DNA of 64,000 bases from Piromyces finnis finn (lineage: Eukaryota; Fungi; Neocallimastigomycota). Of this stretch, positions 26,101-41,190 are shown in pieces. Position 1 is the first letter of the stretch; each line of letters begins with the position of its first letter. Made by a program: the position numbers and the translations under genes. The notes below the pieces were generated by a model, which saw nothing but the letters and a program-made list of their open reading frames with translations, was not told the DNA's origin and did not search any database. The stretch lies in the NCBI GenBank assembly GCA_002104945.1, contig MCFH01000006.1, positions 248,001 to 312,000 of the forward strand. Reading direction: 5' to 3'.

Positions 26101-27729
26101 GTGGTGGTGGTGGTATTAGTATTAATATTATTAAAATAAAAAATAGAATAACTATTTATTTATAATAATTAATTTTTTTTTTTTTTTTTTTAATTTTATA
26201 TTGGCGTAATAGATGTTATTTTATATTTTTTTTTTATATTGGTGTAATAGATGTTATTTTATAAAGTAGAAATTAAAAAAATATAATAGATTATATAAAT
26301 TCTTATATTTTCAATTCTTGATTAATAAAAAAAAAAAGTAAAATATGTGTTAAACTATTTCTGGGTTTCAAATGTTATATCTAAAAAGTTAAGAATTGAT
26401 GGTCTTATATTTTTCATTATATCCATCCAAGGAAGGATAAAATGAATTAATATAAAAAAAAAAAAAAAAGGAATTGATAAGTATAATAAAAAATATTTAG
26501 TATATATATTTATCAAGAACAAATAATAAAGTATTTAATTGTAAATAGAAATACAAAAATACTATTTATACCATTATTACTAATTTTTATCCCAATTTTT
26601 AAAATAATTATATGAAAATACATTTATATTAAAAAATTTGAAATATACTGCTAACTTACTATGGATATTATAGAAAATTAAAGAGTAAAAAGAAAATTAT
26701 TTAGCATGGAAAAGTGATTAAGAAAATGAAAAAGTTTTTAAAATTTTTATTTTGGATTTTTATTCTTTAAATATTTTATTAAAATATATATATATATATA
26801 TATTGCTTTAAACTTTTAATGTTAAAATGATCTTAGCAATAATAGGTGTGGGATATGTCTTAATATTATATTATTGTTAGCGAAAAAAAAAAAAAAAATA
26901 ATTAAAAAATTACAATCGTTAGAATATTTGTCAAAGATACTCTCTTTAGAAATTATAATAATAAAAGTCTTGAAAATTATTATTTTAATGAAATATATAT
27001 TAACTTTGATCTACCATTAAAAATTTAAATATTGTATTTTTTATCAAAAAAAGTTTTTTTTTTTAGAGTTTACTCATATAATTATATAACCTCTTTCTTT
27101 CAAAAAAAAAATATGAAAAAGAATGTATATATATTAAAATTAGTATTTAACTTATTTGGGCTTTAACAATTTGATTGATTATTTTTTTAAATAATATCAT
27201 GATCCTAACTCCAATTTAATATTGGTATTGTTATTTGTATTGCTATGTTTTGATTCTTTATTACTATGATACATGATGATCATATAAATTTATACCATAT
27301 TTGTGAATAACATAGAAAATTTGGTGTTTTTCCTTGTTCAATTATTATAATTAAAAAAAAAAAATTATAGGATAAGAGAAAAATAAATTCAATTATTAAA
27401 TAGTTATCATATTATAGTGTTATAGTGATTGTATCTAGGGATGGGTGATGGGAAGGAGGAGGATGAAAAAATTCTTTTTTCAGGTAGTATATTCAATACA
27501 TATATATATAAATAGTAATCTTTTAATTCTAGTTGTAATCCTAATAAAGCATAAATCATAATTATGATTATAAATTATGTTTTATTATTATTCATTATTT
27601 CTTAAATTTCATGGTAATGATTAAAGATAAAATAATAATAAAACTCATTTTAATTCATACTTTTTATAATAGAAAATATTGATTTTAAATAAAAATTATA
27701 TTTTCTAATAAGACTGGTTTAATATCGAA

Positions 27730-27870
27730 TATACCCTAGATGTGTTAGTATTTATCCTAGATTTTTTCACTTGGTCCGTTTTTTGGACCCCTCCAAAATC
27801 TAGGATAAATATCAACACGTATCTATGTCAATTTTTTCCCTCTAGCAGTTTCCCTATGAGTTAGGGTATA
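27730..27870. mobile_element. Foldback/MITE-like element, copy A
   Basis: Perfect 17-bp inverted repeat TATTTATCCTAGATTTT (27749-27765) / AAAATCTAGGATAAATA (27795-27811), extendable imperfectly to ~29 bp. Inner hairpin GGTCC-GTTTTTT-GGACC; outer TATACCCT/AGGGTATA. The core is shared with the element at 60.9-61.2 kb. Confidence 0.6.
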
Positions 27871-28200
27871 TCAGGTAAATAAAGTTGTTCAGTCCCAATA
27901 GAATATTTAGTTAGAATTTTAGATACTATCCTATTTACTATTTATTAAATACTTTGACAGGACGTAGAATCATTAATGCCATCACCTTTTCCATGTTACT
28001 CTGGTTTTAGGGTATTGAGAGCACTGACGCCGAAACTAATGTGGTACAAAAACACTAAAAGTTGTATTCTATTATCATATGAAAATATATGACAAAGCTT
28101 AAAAAAAAAAATTGATTGTTACATATTATTTAGAAAATATATTATTTTTGAACAAATAATTATTTTGATAATTAATTATAAAAATTTAGGACATAGTATT

Positions 28201-28590
28201 AATAATAGTCAAAGTAATAGTCAAAGTAATAGTAATAGTCAAAGTAATAGTAATAGTCAAAGTAATAGTAATAGTCAAAGTAATAGTAATAGTCAAAGTA
28301 ATAGTAATAGTAATAGTAATAGTAATAGTAATAGTAATAGTAATAGTAATAGTAATAGTAATAGTAAATAGTAATAGTAATAGTAATAGTAATAGTAATA
28401 GTAATAGTAATAGTAATAGTAATAGTAATAGTAATAGTAATAGTAATAGTAATAGTAATAGTAATAGTAATAGTAATAGTAATAGTAATAGTAATAGTAA
28501 TAGTAATAGTAATAGTAATAGTAATAGTAATAGTAATAGTAATAGTAATAGTAATAGTAATAGTAATAGTAATAGTAATAGTAATAGTAA
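28201..28590. repeat. (AATAGT)n satellite with CAAAGT variant units at its 5' end
   Basis: Directly visible. It produces the spurious ORFs 28165-28371 and 28186-28698. Confidence 0.95.
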
Positions 28591-30135
28591 TACGATAAAT
28601 ATTTTTATAAAGGTAGTAAGAGTTTTTTTTTTTTTTTTTATATTATCTGGTTCATTTTTTTTTTTATAGATAGTATTAAAATATAAAAACAAATTCAATT
28701 TTAATTTTTTAAAAATTCATCTATTGAAAAATAGAAGCATTACTATATATACATTTTTTATTAAATAATTCCTTTCTATTTCATTAATACTATTTCCCCC
28801 TTCTTCTATCTTTAATGGATTAATAATTAAAAATTCTATATTAATAATTTTTTTTTTCTTAAGGCATGTAATATTGTTAATACTATTCCATCTTTCTTTT
28901 TGATCTAAACTAATTAAATAGAATACTTTTCTTATACATATAAAACAGAGCCATTATATTTTTAAAAATGATAAATTTTGAATTTAATTTTAAGTAAATA
29001 TTTAATTTTAATATTATCAAGATTACTTTTTATTTAATAATATTTTTAAATAAAAATGAATTGTATTTCGACTATTTTTTTTTTTTAATTAATGAATCAT
29101 CTCAATACTTAAACAAAATCTAAAATGTCTTTTTTTTTTTTTTTTTAATCCTTTTTTTGATATTTTTTGATAGGAATATTAAATATACCTTTATTTTGTT
29201 TTTAAAAAAAAAAATATTAAAGATTTAAATGAATTATATTAATAATTTATTATTATTAATAAAATCACATTATTTTTTTTTTGATTATTAATCAAATAAA
29301 ATTAAATTCATCATTATTAATAAAAAAATAATAATAAAAATAATAAAAAATAATAATAAAAAAATAATAATAAAATATATTTTCTTTTTTTTTTTTTTTT
29401 TTTGCTCGAAATATAATTGTAAAAGAAAGAAAAAAAGAAAAAAAAATAAAAAATAAATAAACAATATTAATAAAAAATAAAGTCAGTAGGAGAAGAGAAT
29501 AAATAATAATAATAAAAAGTGACATTTATTTGTATGTTTTCATAAAACAAAAAATAAAAAGATTTCCATTTATAAAATAATAAAAGATCAAATAGACTTT
29601 ATAAATAATATTATGTATTCATTTATTATCAATTAATAAATTCCAACGATATAACAAACCATGAAAATGAAACATAAATAAAATAAATTAAAATAAATAA
29701 TAAAAAAAAAAAATAGCAATTCATGTTAAAAAGACTTTAGAAAAACAAACAAACAAAAAAACAATCTTGAAAATTTTTTTTTTTTAATAAATGGACCCTA
29801 TAATAAAATTGCTCATATTAAATGAAGAAATAATTGACATTGTTTATTGTTTGATGATATATAAGTAATTAAATAAACATTAAATGAAATTGAAATTTAT
29901 TAATTCTTAAACATGACTTTTTCTTCAAAGTCAATAATAATAAAAAAAAATTATCAACATTATCATTTTGGAATCAATTTTTAAAAGATGTTTTTATAAA
30001 AAATATTTTATTTTTATATATATATAATATATATAAAATGAATTATTTATTAATCGTCTTTCTTTTTTTTTTTTTTTTTTTTTTCTCTTTTTTATTTTTA
30101 ATTTATTCTATTATTAGTTAAATAAATAAAAATGG

Positions 30136-32956
30136 ATGAAATTATTCAAAATCCAGCAAAGGTTTATGGTAATCATTATAGACAATACATTATAAATATT
30201 TAAATTATTAAAAGGAAATATATAGATAAATAGTTGTAAAATTTCATTCGTTATTAAATATATTTATATCATGTATATTCTTTTTAAATAAATTGTATAT
30301 AAACAATGGAATTAAAACAGAAACCATAACCTATTTAATGAACTATGTTCAAAAATATACTGCAATTATTTCTGAATACAGTAAAAAAATCCCATATACT
30401 ACTTCCTTTGTAAAATATATATTTAATGTAGTTATGGCAAACCCATTAAGAATTTTATTAGAAGTTGCTTTAATTATTTTCTTAATTGTTTATATCAGAA
30501 AGGATAGATATAAAGTTACCACTGAATTAAGAAATCAATTAACTGAAAAGGTTCATATCATAAAACTATATATATGGAATGTTTTAAAATTTGATAATTT
30601 TTTTTTTTTCAAAAAAAAAAAAAAAAAAAAAAAAATGTAAATGATGTAGTAGAAATTCTAAAATAATATTTCTTTTTTTTTTTTTCCATTCAGGAAATTG
30701 AAGAATTAATTGATGAATGGGAACCAGAAGAATTAGTTCCAGATATTAGTGATGATGTTCGTCAACTTGAATTAGAATCCGTTCCAACTTTAAAGGGGTA
30801 TGATAAATAAATATTATTTAAATCAAGTTTTGTTAAAAGATTTTTTTTTTTTTTTTTTAAAAAAAAAAAGACTAATAACTTATTTTTAATATTTTATTTT
30901 CTATCATTGATATATTTTTAAAATAAAAGAATTGTTGGTTCAAAAAGTGTATTGGAAGATGGAAGTACTGTTTTAAATTTAGCTTCAAATAACTTCTTAG
31001 GTATCAGTAATGATAAAAGACTTTTGGTTAGTATTCCTTAAAATTAATATATTATAACAATATTATTTTCAAGTTTTTTTTTTTTTTCATGAATGTCTAT
31101 TTCATTAACATCAATTAAAAATTTATTTCATTTAATAGGAAAAAGCTATTGCTGGTGTTAATAAATATGGTGTTGGTACTTGTGGTCCACCAGGTTTTTA
31201 TGGTACTTTAGGTAGGCTATATAGTTTTTTTTTTATTTGTAAAAAAAAAAAAAAAGATAAACATTAAACTAGACATTTTTTATTAAAACAGTGAATGAAA
31301 TATTAAAATAATATATATATTTTATTTTTAATAAAAAAAATAAATAGATGTTCACACTGATCTTGAAAAGAAGATTGCTAAATTTTATGGTACTGAAAGT
31401 GCTCTTGTTTATGCTCAAGGTTTTTCTACTATTTCCAGTGTTATTCCAGCATTTTTAAAACGTGGTGATTTACTTATTTGGTAAGTAATTAGAGTTTGAT
31501 AGTTTTTTTTAATATATTTTATTATGCCAAATTTTAATTTCATATTAATTTTTTTTCCAATGATTCTATTTTTATTTTTTTTTATTTTATAATTTTTATT
31601 ATTATATTATTATATTTATAGTGATGAACTTTGTAATTTTGCTATTCAAAAGGGTGCTGAAATTTCAAGAAGTAATGTTAGATTTTTCAAACATAATGAT
31701 ATGAATGATTTAGAAGAATTACTTGAATCTATTCATATTAATGATAAGGTAAAACATAAAAAAAGAATAAAATTGACAATTAAAGAAAGAATATTAAACT
31801 AATATACATGTTTAAAAAAAAAAAAAAAAAAAAAAAGAAAAAGGGAACTAAAATTACTAGACGTTTTATTGTTACCGAAGCTATCTTTTATAATACTGGT
31901 GAACTTTGTAACTTGGAAAAAATTGTAGGATTCTTTTTTTTTTTTTTTTTATAATGTTTTAATAACATATATAACAAAAACAGAGGATTAACCAACACAT
32001 TATATATTAAACAACTATTTTCCAAAAAAAAAAAATTTATGCTACTGATTTTTAGATTGAATTAAAATACAAGTACAAGTACAGATTAATTTTAGATGAA
32101 AGTTTATCTCTTGGTGTTTTAGGTAAAACTGGTAGAGGTATCACAGAACATCTTGGCATTCCAGTAAGTACAATAAAATATGAATGATGTAACCATCAAC
32201 AAGGTAATCAATTATTAATACTGAATTTTTTTAAAGGTTGATAAAATAGAAATATTTGTTGGTTCCTTAGCTAATACTTTAGGAGCTGCTGGTGGTTATT
32301 GTGCTTCCAATGGTGAAATTGTTGAGCATCAAGTATTAAACGGTTTAGCTTACTGTTTTTCAGCCTCATTACCAGCTCCACTTACTCTTGCAAGTATTGG
32401 TGCTTTTGATATTGTAGATAGTAAGGAAGGTGTAAAATGCATTCAACAACTCCATGAAAATAACAAAAGCTTTAGAGAAGTTATTAAACCATCAAAAAAG
32501 GATAAATATGTTGTATATCAAGGTTTTAAATCTGAAGATTCTCCAATTATTCACCTTAGTTTAAAGAATAATGATATGCCAAGAATTCAACAAGAAAAGT
32601 TATTACAAAAAGTTGTTGACGAGGTAAATATTTCTCTTTTTTATTTTATGCATGAATAAAATAGAAAAAGAAATATAATTTATAAAATACTACATTTTTT
32701 TTTCAAATGTTAAAAATTTATATCATCATGATTGTATTACTTATATCTCATGTATATTTTATAATGTTAATTTATATTTAAAATATAGGCTATTAAAGAA
32801 GGTGTATTAATATCAAGAGCCAAATACATTTTAGCTCAAGAAAAGAATGTTCCACGTTCCACTATTGCTGTTAATCTTACTGCTGGTTTAACAAAGGAAG
32901 AAATTGAAAGAGCAGCTGTAGTTATTAAAGATAGTTTTAGAAAAGTTTTGAATTAA
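30136..32956 (+). CDS. LCB1: Serine palmitoyltransferase subunit 1 (non-catalytic SPT subunit), ~11 exons
   Basis: Spliced product has an N-terminal TM helix ([17 protein letters not shown]), [103 protein letters not shown] and [12 protein letters not shown] (no PLP-binding Lys, as expected for LCB1). The start codon is uncertain: ATG 30136 gives the matching phase, ATG 30132 does not. Confidence 0.93.
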
Positions 32957-35482
32957 AGAAAAAAAAAAGTTATATATATATATATGTATATTTAGATAAT
33001 AATAATAATAAAAAAAAAAAAAGATCAATTCATCACGATATATCTATAGCCATATACATATTTTTTTTTTTCCAAAAATTTATAAACAATGACAATAATT
33101 AGATGCACAACACTATAATTTAATATTTATAATATTTTAATATTTAATAATAATATTAAAATATTCCACCACCACAACAAAATCCTACAACCCTCATTAT
33201 CATTTTATTAAAACCTTTATAAATTATAATCAAACGGTAAAATAATTTAAACAAAAGTATTTCATGTATAACTTCTCCCATATTTTTATATTTTTTTTAA
33301 ACTAATTTTCCATACTTTTTTTTTTTTTTATTAGCTATTTCAAAATTTTAAATTTTTTTTTCCCATTTCAATTATAATAGTATTAATAAAAAAAATAAAT
33401 AGCAATAGCAATAATAATAATAACACTATAAAAAAAAATAAATATAATTTATTGTTTTATTTATGTAGTCTTCATTTTTTTTAAAAAAATTAAATAAAAT
33501 AAAAAAAAAAAAAAAAGTAAATAAATAATATGTTAAAAAAGTAATGGTTATATAAACTTTATTTAGTTTGATTTTTGGTATGAAAGAGGTTGTTGTTGTT
33601 GTTGTTGTTGTTGTTGCATCTTTCTTGGTTGGTAGGTAATTGTACATAAGTTTTAAATTGTATGTTTATTGTAAATGTACATTTTAATAGGATAAATGGA
33701 GCAATCATTTTTCCTACATCAACTCTATGATTATCCAATAAAATGATCCCATTTAATCCTTTTAAATTTAAATAATTTTTATTAATTTTTTTTTTTTATT
33801 TTTTTTTGTATTTGTATTATTTAAAAAAAGAAAAAAAAAAAATTAAGAAAAATAAATAGAGAAAAAGTAATAAATAAATGTAAAAAAAAAAAGAATTGAA
33901 TTATATAATAGGATAAAGTATAAAATATAATTCAATTAAAGAATATTTAAAGTATTGCATCGGAATAAGCGAAGGAGAAATAAAAAAATGAAACACTTTT
34001 TTTAAATTTTCTTTTTCGAAAAAAGTTATGCATATAAAAGAAATCGTGAAATGCGTTCATCATTCTAATGTTCAATTGTTTATATAAATTTTACTTTTTA
34101 TATAAATAGAATGATACAACGGACATTTTATTAAAATATATATATTTATTAAGTAAATATATAAAATAAAAAAAATTTAAATCTACTTTAAAATGTTTAT
34201 GATGGATTAACCATTTCTAATAAATAATTGAAAAAAGAAATGTGTATTTAATTTTTTAAAAAAAAAAAATTAAAGAAAGATTATTAGCCTTTTTTTTCTA
34301 TTGTAAAAAAAAATAAATTATTTTTAAAATGAATATACGAAGTTATATATAAAATTATATGAATTATTTGAATTTGTCCAGTTTCAATATCATCATGATA
34401 TATTGGTTTCTAATATTTATTGTATTTCCTTTTTAAAGGATTTTTTTTTATTGTGAACTTTGCTCAATATATCCATGTTTTAACTATAGCCCCTAAAAAA
34501 GTATTGCTATAAATGGGAAAGCGAGAGTTGATTTTTTTTTTTTTATTTTTATTTTTATTTCATTAAAGTATTTTAAATTATGCATTGAATTGATATTTAA
34601 ATACAAAGAATGAGGTTTTTTTTATTTTTTATTTAAAAAAAAATTATTATTTTAGAATTTTCACAGTTATTTAAAAATTTAAAAAAAAAATCAAATAAAA
34701 TTAAAAACAAATAAAATTAAAGTTTTTTTTTTTTTTTTTTGTTAAAATAGGCATAGGAATAAAGTTACATTTATTGTTTTTTATAATAATTTTTTTAATT
34801 GAAGCTAATTTTTAAGATAATTATATTTATAATTATATATATATAATTATAAAATCAATTAACAACAACAACAACAACAACAACAACTAGGTTAATGTTA
34901 AAACTTTATTATAAAAAAATTAAAAAACAAGTTTATCATTATAAAAAAAAATATTAACTTTTTGTATTATTTATACTTATTAAATATTTTTATTTTTTTT
35001 TTATTTTTTTTTGTTGTTGTTTTAATTTATTTAATAAAAATTAATAAAAAAAATTAAAAAATTTTTAAAATTTAGATATAGAAAAAAAAAGTAATTACAA
35101 AATTTTAAAAATTATACATAAAAAAAAATAAAATAATAAAATAAAAAAAGAGGAAAGAAGAAGAAAAAAAAGCAAAAAAAAAAGGAAATATTAAGTGATA
35201 ACAATAATAATTATTTTAATGTATGAAAAGATATTCACTATTATATTAAATAAGCATTCCAATTAAAAGACAACATTTTCAATTAAAAAAAAAAAAAAAA
35301 GAATTATCATTTAAATTTTGTATATTAGAAAGAAAAAATACTTTCATTTTACTGTATAGCATAATAAAATAATTTTTTAATTTTTAAAATAAAATAAAAA
35401 ACATATTTTTTTTTTTTTCCTCTTCACCCCGAATTTTTTTATTTTATAAATAATATTTGTCACCGTGGACCGAATAGTTAAT

Positions 35483-35988
35483 ATGCGTGTTGAAGATTCA
35501 ATGTCTTCTGTCTACAGTTATGATGAATTACAACTACAATTAATTAACGACAATAAAGAATTCAAGTATTATATCTTCCTCCTTTTTAATATAAATTTTA
35601 TATTTTATTCTTTTTTTATTGTTAATAAAATTAGAATTTATTTTTGGTTTATAATAATATTAAATATCAAATATATATAATATATAGTATTATTATTATT
35701 TTATTCATTTCAAGTTATAAAATAGAAATTCAGTTTTATTTTTATTGAAATTTATTTTTATTTTATTCATTTTTAAATATATTTATATTTATATATAATA
35801 TTTGATAAAAATTAATTATAATTATTAACAAAAAAAAAAATGACCTTTCCTTATTTTATTTATTATTATTATTCTATAGTACTGAATTAGGTCGTTTTAT
35901 GAAAGAAAAATGGAATTTAGCTGAAAGTGGTTTTGATTATAATGTTGTTGCTGTTTTCGGTTCACAGAGTACAGGAAAAAGTAAATAT

Positions 35989-36026
<38 letters not shown>

Positions 36027-36786
36027 AGAGAAAAAAAATTTTTTTTTTAAATATAAGTTACATATAATAATATAACTGTGCTAATATATTATAACTAAAC
36101 AATGTATTTTTTCCTCTTTTTCATTATTATTATTAATATATAGGTACTTTGTTAAATAGACTTTTCCATACTAATTTCAGTGTGATGGACGAACAATCAA
36201 GACAACAAACAACAAAAGGTATAAAGAAAGAAGAAAAAAAAAGATTTTTTTTATTTTGTTATTATAAAACTTTAAAAAGAATAATAATAGTAATAATGAA
36301 TAAATAAATAAATCTTTAATATTTTTTTTAATAATAATATATAAAAAAAAAAGGTATTTGGTTAAGTGAAGCAAGAGAAAGACCATTGCTTATTATGGAT
36401 GTAGAAGGTACAGATGGTAGAGAAAGAGGAGAAGAACAAGTAATGATTGATTAAAATGAAATTTATATTATTGTATTATTTTTTTTTTTTTTTTTTTTAC
36501 GATAATCTATATATATTAATTTATATATATATCATTTCTTATCTTATTATTTAAAATAAATAAACATATCATGCCTATATACATATATACAAATCTATAT
36601 ATAAATTTATATACATTTAGGATTTTGAAAGAAAAAGTGCTCTTTTCTCATTAGCCATTTCTGAAGTTCTTATTATTAATATGTGGGAAAATATGGTTGG
36701 ATTGTACCAAGGTGCGAATATGGGTTTATTAAAAACAGTATTGGATGTTAATCTTCAATTATTCCAAAATAAAGGGTAAATTTAAC

Positions 36787-36830
<44 letters not shown>

Positions 36831-36939
36831 GTGAAAGTAACAATAGTAGTAGTAATGAAATTAAGGCATTTAAAAAAAAAATAGATTATTTCTATATTTA
36901 TATTATTACTATATATTCATTTTTCTAATTTTTATTTTT

Positions 36940-36986
<47 letters not shown>

Positions 36987-39900
36987 CTATTTTTTAAAAA
37001 AAAATAACAATAACAAAAATAATAACAATAATAATAATAATAATAATAAAAACATTATGTTATATATATCTTTTATATGTATAAAGAGCTGCAAGAACTT
37101 TATTACTTTTCGTTATTCGTGATTTTGTAGGTGTGACACCATTAAAAAATTTACAAAAAACAATTGAAGATGATATGCATAAAATATGGAATGAATTATC
37201 AAAAGTACGAAGAACTATGAGTTTTATTAATTTTTATTTTTAAAAAAGAAAAAGAAAAAATGAAATATAATTTTAAAGTTTTTTTTTTTTTTTGAGTATA
37301 TTAACTCTAATTGTTTTATTTTTTTTATTCATACACATACACATATATAATACCAATTCAAAAAATTCAATTAATACCATCTTTTTTTTTTTTTAAACAC
37401 TTGTTCTATTATATGAAATTTCTATGATATTAAAATATATAAATCAAACCAACCAACAAAATAATATTACTATTATTTTTCAATAATATTTATAATTAAA
37501 AAAAAAAAGCCTGAAAATTTACAAAATTCGGATATTAGTGACTTTTTCGATTTTATGTTTATAGGTTTACCACACAAAGTTTTCAAAAATGAACAATTTG
37601 AGAAAGAAGTTGATTTATTAAAAAATAGGTAAAAAAAAAAAAAAATACAGTAATAAAAAAAAAGAAAGAAAGAAAAAAGAAAAAGAAAAAATTAATTATA
37701 CTAGAATTTTTAAATTTCCTTTTTTTTTTAAAAAATAATTAGTTATATATATATTATCTTTATAATTTATGACTTTTTTATAATAAAAATAAAAAATATA
37801 ATATAATAATAATATTATCATTACAATAACAAAAAAAAATATAATAAATAAATTAGATTCTATGATAAAGATGATCCAAATTACGTTTTTAAACCAGATT
37901 ATCATCGTAGAATTCCAGCTGATGGTTTTCCACAATATGCTCAATCTATTTGGGTAAATTTATCTATAGATATAGAAAGAAATATAAATTTAATAATTAT
38001 AGACTAATTATTATTTATTTTATATTTTATTAATATCTCGTAATTAATTTATTCACTTTTTTTTTTTTTAATATATAATAAAAAACAAATAATAAATAAA
38101 TTAGGATAAAGTTATTAATAATAAAGATCTTGATATTCCGACTCAACAACATTTATTAGCTCAATATCGTTGTGAAGAAATTGCTAAAGTAATTATTATA
38201 ATAATTAAATTTCCATTATAGAAATTAAAAGAGTTTTTCAAAAAAAATATATATATATATATATATTAAATTATTAAAATTGAAATTAAATAATTTTATA
38301 CTTATCCATTTATAACATATATATTTATAATAAATTAATGGATTATTTAAAAAAAAAAGGAAGAAAATGAGATATTCTTAAGTAAAATATCACCATTTAA
38401 AGAAAGATTAGATAATGGTGAGATTATTGATAATTTAGGACAAGATTTATTGGAATTCCGTGATACTGCTATAAGTAATTAATTTGAATAAATTTATTTC
38501 CATATAAAAAAAATATATAGATAGATAAGAGGAATAATTTAAATTTAAAATATATATATTATATTATACAACTATGTTATGTATGTTATATCCACATTTA
38601 CTCTTGTTTTTATAATAATTATTTTTATTCTTTCTTCATATAATACTATAGAAAGTTTTTCTGTCGAAGGTTGTCGATACCGTCAAGATATTTACGAAAA
38701 GAAAAAATCTGATTTCTTAGAACAAATGAATAATACATTATATTCCTATTATACTGCTCAAATAACAAATGCTCAAAAAGCTATTGTTATTAATTTCAAA
38801 GAAAAGTTTGATGTAATAATTCATAGATAAAAAAAAAAATTAAAATTCAATTTATAATAAACTATATAATCTTATAGTTTATATTATTTATATTATTTAC
38901 ATGACTTTTATTAATATTTTTTAATTTTATTATGATTTTATTTATATTTTTTTTAATAGGATAAAGTTATTGATGATAATAATGATTTTAAAAATACGTT
39001 TGATGGATTATATGAAAATTCATTAAATGAATTCCAAGCCGTTGTTGATGGTAAAGTAAAAAAAAAAAATAAAAAATAAAAAAAATAAAAAAAAAAAAAG
39101 AAAGAAATATTAATAATATTATAAAATTATTTGCTAGAATAATTATATTAAATTATTATTTTTTTTTCTTATTTCTTATTCTATTTTGATTTTTGATTTT
39201 TTACGTATTCATTTCAATTTTTATAATATATATAAATTATAGAAATAACTTTACCACAAACTAATTGGAATTCAAATGAGTTCATTAAAAAGGTTAAAGA
39301 AGAATTGAATACAATTGGAAATAATATTCGTAGAAAAAAAGTTAATGAAATTAGATTTACTATTGATGTAAGACTTGTTTTATATTTTATATTATATATT
39401 ATATTTTTTTTAACGAATCCTTTGATAATATATATATACATATATAATATTTTTTTTCTATTTTTCTAAAATAATAATTAATTCATAATATTTCATGTTT
39501 CCATATCTAATATAATCATTTTATATAAAAATATAATTTATATTATATACATTAGAAATCTTTAAGAAAGGAAGTTGTATTATGTGTTAGATCCGCATTA
39601 AATGAAAATATTTCAGAAAATTTATGGGAAGATTTATTCGATAAGTATGGTGTCATTGTTGAACAAAACGAAAATAAATTTATTAATAAAGCAACAGGTT
39701 AGATTTTTTTAATAAAGATATAATAGATACAATAATAAAGTAGAAGATGATGATGATGATCAACTAATATTAAATATATAAAATAATATTAATCTTATTC
39801 CTATAAATCAATTTTTTTTTAAAAAAAAAATAGTGTATAGTTGTGAAGAAAATGAATTAAAACATATTTCTAAAGAACTTAAAAAAGCTTCTTGGGATGC

Positions 39901-41190
39901 CTTTTATGATACCATATTTGATGAAACAAAGGATACACTTATGATTATAAGACTTAAAGAAAAGTTTGAAAGTATATTTAGATATGATTCTAATGGATTA
40001 CCAAAGGTTTGGAAACCGGGAGATGATATTGATGGACAATTCCAAAATTCATTAAATGAGGTAATACCTTAAATTGTTAACATAAATTTTTCTTTCTTTA
40101 TATAGATATAGATATATTTTTTTAAAAAAAAAAATAAATTAATATACTAAAAAAAAATTATGAATTCTAATAATAAATATTATCATTTTCTAATTTCTTT
40201 TCCTTATTCTATTTCTATATAAACTTTTTATTATTATTATTCTTTCATTCCTACTCTTTCACCTCCAAAAAATATATATATATATATATATATTAGGCAT
40301 ATAAATTATGTGATCTTTTTAATCGTATAAAAATACCACTTACCAAAATAAAAGAAATTACCGAAGTTGATAATATTGATGAAGATGCCTTAGAAATAAT
40401 AGAACCATCTAAAAAGAAGATGTTAATTAATCGTTTTAGAAATACAGTAGAAATATTATATATTGATGCTAAACATTCTGTAGTTTCGACTAAAGCCGAA
40501 ATACCCTATTGGATGTTTATTGTTATTATTGTATTAGGTTGGAATGAATTTATGGCAGTGCTTCATAATCCAGTATATTTCTTGCTAGCTTTAATAGCGG
40601 GAATTACTGTATATGCCTTATACCGTATGAATATGATACAACCTACCCTAAAAATTATTCGTTCTATTTTAATTGACCTTGGTCATCAAATTATTAATAA
40701 ACTTAATGCCATTGAAAATCAAAATCTTCTTAATGAACGTTATGAAATGTACAAACAAAACTATGACAATCCAAACTTTATGGCTGAATATGAAGATAGT
40801 AAAAGATATTCCGATATGAGTGGAGGTAGTAATAGTCCTTCGAAACCAACTCAAGGTCATGGTTTAGTTCAATCTTCTTCTCTTAGTCATCTTACCGATA
40901 CGGTTCATTTTATTGATAATACCGAAGAACTTGATAAACAATACGAAATGAATGTAAATCAAATTAAAAGAAATAAATTATTAAAACGTCACACCTTCCA
41001 AGTCCCATTAAATACCAAGAATAGAAATTATGATGATGAAGATGAGGATGAAACTGATTCTTATTCCTTTGAAATGGAAAATTTAGAAAAATTCGATGCT
41101 AATAATAGTGAAAATCGTTCCACTTTACATAGAAGAGTTAGTAAATCAAGTTTAAGTACTACAGCCACTAGTGAATTTGTAGATGCTTAA
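35483..41190 (+). CDS. SEY1: SEY1/RHD3 dynamin-like GTPase for homotypic ER fusion, ~16 exons
   Basis: Spliced motifs: [22 protein letters not shown] (P-loop), [111 protein letters not shown], and TM hairpin [27 protein letters not shown]. Confidence 0.96.

Noticed and set aside
27438-27462. G-rich run GGGATGGGTGATGGGAAGGAGGAGG as a G-quadruplex
   Set aside because: Only three GGG tracts, so it fails the canonical four-tract pattern.
27880-28070. GC-richer sequence beside MITE copy A with an HGKGDG-like translation on the minus strand
   Set aside because: Multiple stops in all frames; the motif is too short to call a transposase remnant.
28165-28698. NSNS and poly-Leu/IT ORFs
   Set aside because: Translations of the (AATAGT)n hexamer array.
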